DNA of 64,000 nucleotides from Clostridia bacterium. Lineage in GTDB: Bacteria > Bacillota > Clostridia > UMGS1883. Below are positions 56,733-64,000 of this stretch, one piece after another. The notes beneath the pieces are model-generated. The model searched no databases. It saw nothing but the letters and a program-made list of their open reading frames with translations, and was not told the DNA's origin. Location of the stretch: assembly GCA_045545295.1 (NCBI GenBank), contig JAZQAO010000027.1, positions 11,538 through 75,537 on the forward strand, written 5' to 3'. The position numbers and the translations under genes are program-made. The first letter of the stretch is position 1. Every line of letters begins with the position of its first letter.

Positions 56733-56880
56733 AGATTAAATAGAAACTTATTTTTGCACCAAACTAGCGTTTTTGCTTTTTTGGTAACTTCTTTGTGTTG
56801 ACAATCTAATTTTACATCTGTTATAATCATTTTAACAGATTAAATAGAAACTTATTTTTGCATCAAATTAGCGTTTTGCT
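56733..56880. promoter_or_regulatory. Two ~45 bp direct repeats (putative AraC operators) flanking a sigma-A promoter
   Basis: AGATTAAATAGAAACTTATTTTTGCAyCAAAyTAGCGTTTT at 56733 and 56837; TTGACA (56798) - 18 bp - TATAAT (56822, preceded by TGn) between them. Confidence 0.6.
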
Positions 56881-56917
56881 GACAAATGTGCTTATTATGC
56901 AGAAAAGAGGCAATATT

Positions 56918-57775
56918 ATGCAATATCCTAAAGGTTTATCATTTGAAAATCTCAATGTTGTGCACCGCCTTGGTGAGTTTTATCGTGCAGAAAAGGACGA
57001 TATCTGGGGCGGTACAGATCTTATTTTTGAACAAAACAAGTTCTATCTTATTGTAGAGGGAGAATGTACAATAATCATTAACGGAAAAACCTATACCGGC
57101 AGACACGGTGACTGGTTTTTCATTCCTGCAAAACACCCTCATACTTTTTACAGAGATAAAAGCACTGTATTTTCAAAAAATTTCATTCACTTTGACATAT
57201 ATCCCGAAGTTGATTTTTTCAACGATTATATGCTTGATTTCAAAGTATCCGTCCCCGATAATTCTGAAATAACCAGCCTTTTTGAAAGATTAAACCAAAT
57301 CTCTTACAGCACGTTAATAGCGGACAAAATTGAAGTCAAGTCTATTATTCTCAGGCTTTTGTCAGAATATATCAGGCTGTCCTCCACGCAGAATTTCAGC
57401 GTTAATTTTAAAGCCCCAAAGTCATTGCTTCAGGTCCTTGATTATATAGAAGAGCATCTTGCAGAAGACCTTTCCAACGATATTCTTGCAAACGTTGGTC
57501 ATCTTCATATAAACCACTTTATCCGTATATTTAAAGAAAAAACAGGTCAGACTCCTCAACGCTATATAATGCAGAAGCGCATGAATACAGCCAAACGTCT
57601 GATAGACGAAACAACTCTGTCTTTCACTGAAATTGCGGAGCTTTCAGGAATATACGATGTTACTCATTTTTCAAAGGCATTCAGAACCCATTTTGGAATG
57701 ACTCCGGGTAAATATCGTAAAATTGCAAACAGCATCAACCGCGAAGAAGTTCCGTACAAGAAGCTTACTCACTGA
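56918..57775 (+). CDS. AraC family transcriptional regulator
   Basis: Cupin N-domain (GDWFFIPAKHPH); HFIRIFKEKTGQTP, HFSKAFRTHFGMTPGKYR. Confidence 0.9.
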   Translation: MQYPKGLSFENLNVVHRLGEFYRAEKDDIWGGTDLIFEQNKFYLIVEGECTIIINGKTYTGRHGDWFFIPAKHPHTFYRDKSTVFSKNFIHFDIYPEVDFFNDYMLDFKVSVPDNSEITSLFERLNQISYSTLIADKIEVKSIILRLLSEYIRLSSTQNFSVNFKAPKSLLQVLDYIEEHLAEDLSNDILANVGHLHINHFIRIFKEKTGQTPQRYIMQKRMNTAKRLIDETTLSFTEIAELSGIYDVTHFSKAFRTHFGMTPGKYRKIANSINREEVPYKKLTH

Positions 57776-58061
57776 TTTTATTATGAGCTTCACATTTTAT
57801 TCAGCAGTTTTTTGGATTCGATGTAAAACTCACTGAGTTATTTCAAAAAACATTAAAATAATTTAGCAAATAAAAAAGCACGTAACTTACACGCTAAAAA
57901 CACGCAAAGAAAACGCGGATAACTCCCTATATGATTGGAGTTTCCCGCAAAAACGCAGATTTTACAAAGAGAGAGGTTATTTTTCAAGAAATAACTGCAG
58001 TTGTAATTTTTTAAATCAGTTAAACTTAGACCTTTATGAATATCATCGTTAGGACAAACTA

Positions 58062-58101
58062 AAACAGCTTTAAGGCAGTAAATGTTGCCTTAAAGCTGTT
58101 T
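58062..58101. terminator. Rho-independent terminator-like hairpin
   Basis: Perfect 16 bp stem AAACAGCTTTAAGGCA / TGCCTTAAAGCTGTTT. Confidence 0.65.
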
Positions 58102-58132
58102 CTTGTTATATAACACTTTACGTGTTACTCAT

Positions 58133-58149
58133 TGGTGGAGCCGAGGGGG
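58133..58149 (-). repeat. Exact 17 bp duplicate of the tmRNA 3' end (att-like)
   Basis: TGGTGGAGCCGAGGGGG is identical to 62637..62653. Confidence 0.8.
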
Positions 58150-58240
58150 ACGGCTGCTTCGCACCCTGCCTGCTTGACGACCGTCAGCCTTGCTTTCGGT
58201 ACCCGTCTGCGCACCAACTTCGGGGAAAACGATTATTAAT

Positions 58241-58304
58241 CGTTTTCTTCTCCCTCGTTGTCCTCTTAGGCTTCAATCCCACCTCAATTCTCATCACGCA
58301 AAAA
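58241..58304. repeat. 64 bp direct repeat, copy of 62547..62610
   Basis: 58 of 64 positions identical by manual alignment. Confidence 0.8.
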
Positions 58305-58467
58305 GAAGCGTGCCGCTTCACCCGTGTCGCACCCTCCTAAAAGTGCATACACAGTTCCCTGCGTCATAATTCGATACAAATTCCTACATAGCAAAAAAGA
58401 AGCGTGCCGCTTCACCCTGCGTCGCGCACATACAAAGTGCCAACATAATATAATAGCGATACGGTTC

Positions 58468-59148
58468 TTATATGGATTTATTATCTTTCGTTTCCGGGAC
58501 AAAATATTTTTGTTTTATTTTCGGCAGTTTCCATCTGTATTTTGTTGCCAGAATTCTTATGACAAACACACATAACATTGCTGTGATTGTTCCTATTATC
58601 TTTTTACCCATATAAATTTGCATCATATAATAAAGCAAACTTCCAGCAATAGATGCAAGTGCATATATATGTTTTTTAAGAACATATGGTGTTTCAGAAA
58701 CCAATACATCACGGAAAACACCTCCGCCTACGCCTGTTATCATACCCATCATGACAACAAAAAGCATTTTATCGGAAAAACCGGCTGTACAAGTAATTTC
58801 TGCTCCTGTAACTGTAAACACAGATAAACCCATCGCATCAAATATATTGTTAATACGTTCGATTTTTTCTCTTAAAATTGAAAAATGCTCACTGTTTATA
58901 TAAGCAATTATAAAAACAATTATTGCTGTTAATGCTGCAACAGCAAACAAATAAGTGTTTGAAAAAATTGCAGGCGGACATTTCCCAAGCAGAACATCCC
59001 TAAGCATTCCTCCGCCAACTGCCGTAATAACCCCTATAAATGTCACACCAAATATGTCAAGATTTGAGCTTACGCCAATTAATGCACCTGAAATTGCAAA
59101 GGCAACTGTACCTATTATTTCCATAATCATTCTCACTGCTTCACTCAT
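58468..59148 (-). CDS. UPF0126 / trimeric intracellular cation channel family membrane protein (putative glycine transporter)
   Basis: GTVAFAISG, TAVGGGMLRDVLLG, DAMGL, GVGGGVFRDVL duplicated motifs. Confidence 0.85.
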   Translation of the reverse strand: MSEAVRMIMEIIGTVAFAISGALIGVSSNLDIFGVTFIGVITAVGGGMLRDVLLGKCPPAIFSNTYLFAVAALTAIIVFIIAYINSEHFSILREKIERINNIFDAMGLSVFTVTGAEITCTAGFSDKMLFVVMMGMITGVGGGVFRDVLVSETPYVLKKHIYALASIAGSLLYYMMQIYMGKKIIGTITAMLCVFVIRILATKYRWKLPKIKQKYFVPETKDNKSI

Positions 59149-59222
59149 TTTACCACCTTCTTTTTTACAATGTGCAAAAAGGTAAGGGAGTGTAAAAAAT
59201 GAGTTTTACATCTCCCCCACTA

Positions 59223-60404
59223 TTAAAGGCCCATTTCTTCTTTTACCTGCTTGAAGCAATCAACGATATAGAGAATATCAGCCTCGCTGAGAGCCGCTGA
59301 AAGTTGTGTTCTGATTCTGGCTTTCCCCTTTGGTACAACCGGGTAGGAGAACGCAACTACGTATACGCCTTTATCCATCATACGCTTTGCCATTTCCGCA
59401 GCCTTATATTCATCGTAAAGCATTACAGGTATAATAGGCGTTCCGCCATCTATAACATCGAGACCGATTTCCTTAATCTTCTGAGCAAAAAGCTTTGTGT
59501 TTGAAAACAGCTTTTCACGCATAGAAAGGTCATTTTCAATAATTTCAAGCACCTTTAATGAACCTGCGGCAACTGCCGGAGCAAGTGTATTCGAGAAAAG
59601 GTAAGGTCTTGAACGCTGACGGAGAAGGTCAATAATTTCTTTTCTTCCCGATGTAAAGCCGCCTGATGCACCGCCAAGAGCTTTGCCGAATGTACCTGTT
59701 ATAATATCCACTCTTCCACTGACACCGCAATGCTCAGCAGTTCCTCTGCCTGTTGCTCCCATAAATCCGGCTGCGTGGCTATCATCGACCATCACAAGTG
59801 CGTCATATTCATCGGCAAGGTCACAAATACTTTTAAGGTCAGCAACTATACCATCCATAGAGAATACACCATCAGTTGCAATAAGCTTAATACGGCAATC
59901 TTTTGCTTCTTCAAGCTTACTGCGTAAATCCTCCATATTGTTATTTTTATAACGAAATCTTTTAGCCTTGCAAAGCCTTATTCCGTCAATAATACTTGCG
60001 TGATTAAGTTCATCGCTGATTACCGCATCCTCCTCAGTAAGAAGAGTTTCAAAAAGTCCGCCGTTTGCGTCAAAACATGAGGAATAAAGAATTGTATCCT
60101 CTGTTCCGAGAAATTTGCTTAATTTTTCTTCCAAATCCTTATGAAGCTTTTGTGTTCCGCAAATGAAGCGTACAGAAGAAAGGCCGTAGCCATATGTGCT
60201 GTAGCTTTCTTTTACGGACTCGATAATATCTTTATTATTCGCAAGTCCAAGATAGTTATTTGCACACATATTTATAACTTCCCTGCCATCATTCAAGCTC
60301 ACCTTGGCTCCCTGTGGCGAGGTTATAACCTTCTCGTTTTTTGTAAGACCATCTTTTTCGATGTTTTCACAAGTTTCTTTAAAATATTTAAGTGCAGTTT
60401 TCAT
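59223..60404 (-). CDS. kbl: Glycine C-acetyltransferase (2-amino-3-ketobutyrate CoA ligase)
   Basis: [60 protein letters not shown]. Confidence 0.95.
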   Translation of the reverse strand: MKTALKYFKETCENIEKDGLTKNEKVITSPQGAKVSLNDGREVINMCANNYLGLANNKDIIESVKESYSTYGYGLSSVRFICGTQKLHKDLEEKLSKFLGTEDTILYSSCFDANGGLFETLLTEEDAVISDELNHASIIDGIRLCKAKRFRYKNNNMEDLRSKLEEAKDCRIKLIATDGVFSMDGIVADLKSICDLADEYDALVMVDDSHAAGFMGATGRGTAEHCGVSGRVDIITGTFGKALGGASGGFTSGRKEIIDLLRQRSRPYLFSNTLAPAVAAGSLKVLEIIENDLSMREKLFSNTKLFAQKIKEIGLDVIDGGTPIIPVMLYDEYKAAEMAKRMMDKGVYVVAFSYPVVPKGKARIRTQLSAALSEADILYIVDCFKQVKEEMGL

Positions 60405-60419
60405 TATTTTCACCCTTCT

Positions 60420-61454
60420 TTAATTTAATGATGTCCAATCAAGAATGACTTTACCACTTTTTCCGCTATTCATTGCCTCAAAGCCTTTTTCGTAATCTTC
60501 TACATTCATACGATGTGTAATAATATTCGAAATATCAAGACCGCCCTGAAGCATTGCTGACATCTTATACCAGGTTTCGTGCATTTCCCTTCCGTAGATA
60601 CCTTTAATAATAAGACCGTTAAAGATGATTTTTGACCAATCTACTTTACTGTCGCTTTTTAAAAGTCCGAGAAGTGCAATCTTTCCACCGTGTATCATAT
60701 GGTCTATCATTGTATTTAGTGCAATTTCACTGCCCGACATTTCAAGTCCCACATCAAAACCTTCCTTTATGGACAGCTTTTCCATAATCACTGACAAATC
60801 TTCTTTTGATGTATTCACTGTGTACTGAATGCCAAGTTTTTTAGCAAGTTCAAGTCTTTCGTCATTAATATCAGTTATAACAACACGCCTTGCACCCACG
60901 TGTTTGCATACTGCCGCAGCCATAATACCTATAGGGCCTGCACCGGTAATCAGAACATCTTCTCCTGTAAGTTCAAAAGAAAGTGCAGTATGTACTGCAT
61001 TTCCAAAAGGGTCAAATATTGAATACATTTCTTCGGGAATATCTTTCTCGCACTTTCTTACATTTTCCTGAGGTATAACAAGATACTGGGCAAAAGCACC
61101 ATCTCGATTCACACCAACGCCAACTGTTTCTTTGCAAAGATGTCCGTTTCCCGCAAGACAGTTTCTGCATTTTCCACAAACAATATGCCCCTCTCCGGAA
61201 ACAATATCTCCAATTTTCCAGTTAGAAACATTTCTTCCTGCTTCCACAATTTCTCCAACGTACTCGTGTCCGATAATACGGGGAGTCTGTATAGTTTTTT
61301 GCGACCACTCGTCCCAGTTGTATATGTGAAGATCTGTTCCGCATATTGCCGTTTTATGTATTTTTATCTTAACATCATTATCGCCCGTTAAAGGCTCGGG
61401 AACATCTTCAAACCATAAACCTCTTTCGGGATATTTTTTTACAAGTGCTTTCAT
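60420..61454 (-). CDS. tdh: L-threonine 3-dehydrogenase
   Basis: [49 protein letters not shown]; adjacent to kbl. Confidence 0.95.
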   Translation of the reverse strand: MKALVKKYPERGLWFEDVPEPLTGDNDVKIKIHKTAICGTDLHIYNWDEWSQKTIQTPRIIGHEYVGEIVEAGRNVSNWKIGDIVSGEGHIVCGKCRNCLAGNGHLCKETVGVGVNRDGAFAQYLVIPQENVRKCEKDIPEEMYSIFDPFGNAVHTALSFELTGEDVLITGAGPIGIMAAAVCKHVGARRVVITDINDERLELAKKLGIQYTVNTSKEDLSVIMEKLSIKEGFDVGLEMSGSEIALNTMIDHMIHGGKIALLGLLKSDSKVDWSKIIFNGLIIKGIYGREMHETWYKMSAMLQGGLDISNIITHRMNVEDYEKGFEAMNSGKSGKVILDWTSLN

Positions 61455-62365
61455 TTTGGTAGTTCCTTTCTGTTTATTTTGTTTTCAAGTTGACAAATAA
61501 AAGACTGTGTCATTTCAGAAATTTTTCTTTCATCATTCAAAAGATAGCCAATAATATATGATTCTTCACTTTCAAAAGGCACACTTACAATATCACCCTT
61601 GTTGAGAGCAGAAGGCATAATTCCCGTTCCTATCGTATAAGAATCTGTAAGCATAAGAACATTCATAAGAGTAGCTCTGTCGCTGATTTCTATATGTTTG
61701 TCAACATATGACATATCTGCCAACTCCTCTGTAAAAAAGGAGCTGTTGTGCTCACCCTGTTCGTAAGAGACATAAGGATAATCTTTCAAATCACTTGATG
61801 AAAGCCGATTTGAAGTTGCCAGAGGATGCCCCTTCCTGAGAAAAACGTGAGGCGGCGCAATAAGGAGTTTCTCAAACGACAGCTTCTTATTTCCGAGATA
61901 ACGTTTCATTACATCGTAATCGCCATCTTTAATAGCAATTATACCAATGTCACTGTAGCCCGTTTCTACATCACGTATAACATTGTACGTTTCAATTTCC
62001 CTGATAGAAAAACGGTAACTGTCAGTATCAAACTGTTTCATAAAATTTCCAAAAATATCAGCGATAAAATCATAGTGCTGTGTAGCAATATAAAGTCTTT
62101 TTTGAACACTTCTGTTAAAATATCTGTCGTAAACAAAATCATGACTTTCACAGATTCTATTAGCATAATTTACAAATTCTTCTCCCTCATCAGTAATGTA
62201 AATGCCATTTCCTGAACGTTCAAAGATTTTTATTCCGAGCTCCTGCTCCAATTGTTTTATACTCATCGAAAGAGAGGACTGCGCAATAAAAAGCTGCTTT
62301 GCAGCTTCACTGAAAGAACCCGTCTTTGCTATTTTGATAACATATTTACACTGCTGAATAGTCAT
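61451..62365 (-). CDS. LysR family transcriptional regulator
   Basis: [34 protein letters not shown]; ATG at 62365 after GGAGG; 4 nt overlap with tdh. Confidence 0.9.
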   Translation of the reverse strand: MTIQQCKYVIKIAKTGSFSEAAKQLFIAQSSLSMSIKQLEQELGIKIFERSGNGIYITDEGEEFVNYANRICESHDFVYDRYFNRSVQKRLYIATQHYDFIADIFGNFMKQFDTDSYRFSIREIETYNVIRDVETGYSDIGIIAIKDGDYDVMKRYLGNKKLSFEKLLIAPPHVFLRKGHPLATSNRLSSSDLKDYPYVSYEQGEHNSSFFTEELADMSYVDKHIEISDRATLMNVLMLTDSYTIGTGIMPSALNKGDIVSVPFESEESYIIGYLLNDERKISEMTQSFICQLENKINRKELPK

Positions 62366-62546
62366 TTGATTTCCTCCCGACATACATTTACAGTTTTTAT
62401 TATACTCTGTTTTAATTTAATTAGCAAATATATAATACCTATAGCATACATTCAAAATTTTAGATATCGTTTAATTTTTGTTTTTATAAAGCATCAAATT
62501 CAGTAAAGCAATAGAGATATTTGACTTTTAATGAAATATCTCACTT

Positions 62547-62610
62547 CGTTTTCTTCTCCCTCTTTGCCCTCTTAGGCTTCAACCCCGCCTCGATTCTCAC
62601 CACGCAAAAA
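62547..62610. repeat. 64 bp direct repeat immediately downstream of the tmRNA terminator
   Basis: Matches 58241..58304; includes an inverted copy of the tmRNA 3' end. Confidence 0.8.
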
Positions 62611-62632
62611 AAGCACCGTAATCGGTGCTTTT
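62606..62632 (-). terminator. tmRNA rho-independent terminator
   Basis: Minus strand AAAAGCACCG-ATTA-CGGTGCTTTTTTT. Confidence 0.8.
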
Positions 62633-62636
62633 AGCG

Positions 62637-62987
62637 TGGTGGAGCCGAGGGGGGTTGAACCCCTGTCCGAAAACATATTCACACAGGCATCTCCGAGCGC
62701 AGTCACTTATTACACATTCCCTCCGCCGCAAGGCAAGTGACAGCCCAAACGGTTTCAGTAGCTTCATTCGTCATGCACGGGGCAAAGCTTATCCGTGTCA
62801 CGTTCACCACTGTGTGACGCCCTTATCCCGACCGTGGTCCTTCGGGTAAGGACGGCTACCTGTTAATTAGGCAGCGTAAGCTAAATTTTTGTTAGCGTTT
62901 AAATTTAAAAATTCGGGATTTTAACGCAGCTCCCACTGCGGCTCGCTTCCCATGCTTCAACATCCCCGTCGAAACCGGTACGGCCCC
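62637..62987 (-). ncRNA. ssrA: tmRNA (transfer-messenger RNA), tag ANKNLAYAA*
   Basis: 5' GGGGCCGTACCGGTTTCGACGGG; 3' GGGGTTCAACCCCCCTCGGCTCCACCA; G3:U acceptor pair; tag ORF 62896..62867; directly downstream of smpB. Confidence 0.95.
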
Positions 62988-63000
62988 TTGTTCATATAAT

Positions 63001-63028
63001 ATTTTACAGCATTTTTTGCTGTTGTCAA
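63001..63028 (-). promoter_or_regulatory. Putative ssrA promoter
   Basis: Minus strand TTGACA - 16 bp - TAAAAT upstream of the tmRNA 5' end. Confidence 0.5.
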
Positions 63029-63047
63029 CAAGTATTTTTTGTCTAAT

Positions 63048-63515
63048 TTACTGATTAACCGACTTCAGCGTTCTTTCAATAGTTCTGTTTGCTGCTTTCT
63101 TTGCGGCATCGTCACGTTTATCGTAAAGCTTTTTACCTTTCGCAACCGCGATTGTCATTTTCACACGCTGACCTTTTAAATATACATCAAGAGGGATGAG
63201 TGTCAAGCCTTTCTGCTTTACAACACCCAACAGCTTCATTATTTCCCTTTTATGCATAAGAAGCTTCTTTGGTCTTAACGGATCACGGTTAAAAATATTT
63301 CCTTTTTCGTAAGGAGAAATATGCATACCGTGAACAAACATCTCCCCTTTATCTATTTCGCAGTAACTTTCCTTAAGGTTAAGTCGTCCCATACGGATTG
63401 ACTTGACTTCCGTTCCGAAAAGCTCAATACCTGCCTCGTACTTTTCTTCTATGAAGAACTCGTGATGAGCGCTTCTGTTTTGTGCCAGTATTTTTCTTCC
63501 CTGGTTTTCTGCCAC
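63048..63515 (-). CDS. smpB: SsrA-binding protein
   Basis: GTG at 63515 after AAGGAGG; [34 protein letters not shown]. Confidence 0.97.
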   Translation of the reverse strand: MAENQGRKILAQNRSAHHEFFIEEKYEAGIELFGTEVKSIRMGRLNLKESYCEIDKGEMFVHGMHISPYEKGNIFNRDPLRPKKLLMHKREIMKLLGVVKQKGLTLIPLDVYLKGQRVKMTIAVAKGKKLYDKRDDAAKKAANRTIERTLKSVNQ

Positions 63516-64000
63516 TCTTTTCCCCTCCTTCAAGAAGTTTAAAATCAATTCTGCGGCTTATTTTACTTGCAAGTGCAAGCTTAACTTTTACCTTATTACC
63601 TATGGAAAACATTCTACCTGTACGCTCTCCCGTAAGAGAAAGCGTCTTCTGGTCAAACACATAGTAGTCGTCCTCAAGACTTTCAAGCCTTACCAGTCCC
63701 TCTATAGTATTTGGCAGCATCACAAAAAATCCGAACCCTGTTATTGATGATATAACGCCATCAAAATCCTGTCCCACAAAGGCTTCCATATATTCTGCCT
63801 TTTTGATGTCAAGTGTATCACGTTCACACATAGCAGCGGCATTTTCACGTTCACTGCACTGCTCGCCTGCTTCCGTCACAAACTTTTTAAGATATGATTT
63901 TGTTTTGTCATCATTTTCAATTATTGCCTTTAAAGCCCTGTGACAAACAAGGTCGGGATAACGACGAATAGGTGATGTAAAATGACAGTAGTTATCAAGC
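63424..64000 (-). CDS. rnr: Ribonuclease R, 3' part (start outside window)
   Basis: [17 protein letters not shown] motif near 63950-63990, S1 domain, basic C-terminal tail, upstream of smpB. Confidence 0.9.
   Translation of the reverse strand, partial: LDNYCHFTSPIRRYPDLVCHRALKAIIENDDKTKSYLKKFVTEAGEQCSERENAAAMCERDTLDIKKAEYMEAFVGQDFDGVISSITGFGFFVMLPNTIEGLVRLESLEDDYYVFDQKTLSLTGERTGRMFSIGNKVKVKLALASKISRRIDFKLLEGGEKSGRKPGKKNTGTKQKRSSRVLHRRKVRGRY

Noticed and set aside
57776-57860. Possible integrase C-terminal remnant next to the att-like site
   Set aside because: I could not find tyrosine-recombinase catalytic motifs in the plus-strand frames I translated.
58298-58429. Possible CRISPR array (also considered for 56733..56880)
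   Set aside because: Only two imperfect copies with ~55-60 bp between them, and no cas genes in the window.
58122-58575. Short ORFs 58122..58340, 58284..58502 and 58324..58575, and a possible tRNA at 58133
   Set aside because: The ORFs are translations of repeat sequence. Only 17 nt match a tRNA-like 3' end, and no cloverleaf or intact T-loop follows.
1832-62506. Numerous 60-160 aa ORFs nested in or antisense to long genes
   Set aside because: No recognisable motifs; they fully overlap well-supported CDSs and are expected shadow frames.
62625-62849. 74 aa plus-strand ORF
   Set aside because: Antisense to tmRNA.

Overview
This window looks like a low-GC Firmicute (Clostridia-like) chromosome segment with almost all genes on the minus strand. 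Bases 1 to about 57,800 hold three related, AraC-associated polysaccharide-utilisation units, probably for pectin/rhamnogalacturonan. Together they encode GH105-like hydrolases, PL26/YetA-like, PL11-like and PL22-like lyases, a CE12 esterase domain, a DUF4838 protein and an FAD oxidoreductase. Each unit is built around the same ordered pair of S-layer-homology (SLH) genes: a C-terminal-SLH protein followed by a ~900 aa N-terminal-SLH protein. I recognise no sugar ABC or PTS transporter and no cohesin. Notable protein features are a dockerin inserted inside two PL11-like propellers but absent from a third paralogue, a recurring unnamed 'AxY...KxFxW...P' module in secreted non-SLH proteins, and unit-specific shared binding-type domains. 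A PMI-ROK kinase fusion with its own AraC lies between units. The right end carries rnr (partial), smpB and ssrA (tmRNA). Downstream of ssrA is a lysR-tdh-kbl-UPF0126 cassette bounded by a duplicated tmRNA 3' end and by two copies of an element containing an antisense copy of the tmRNA T-arm. All family assignments are by eye from motifs; no searches were run.
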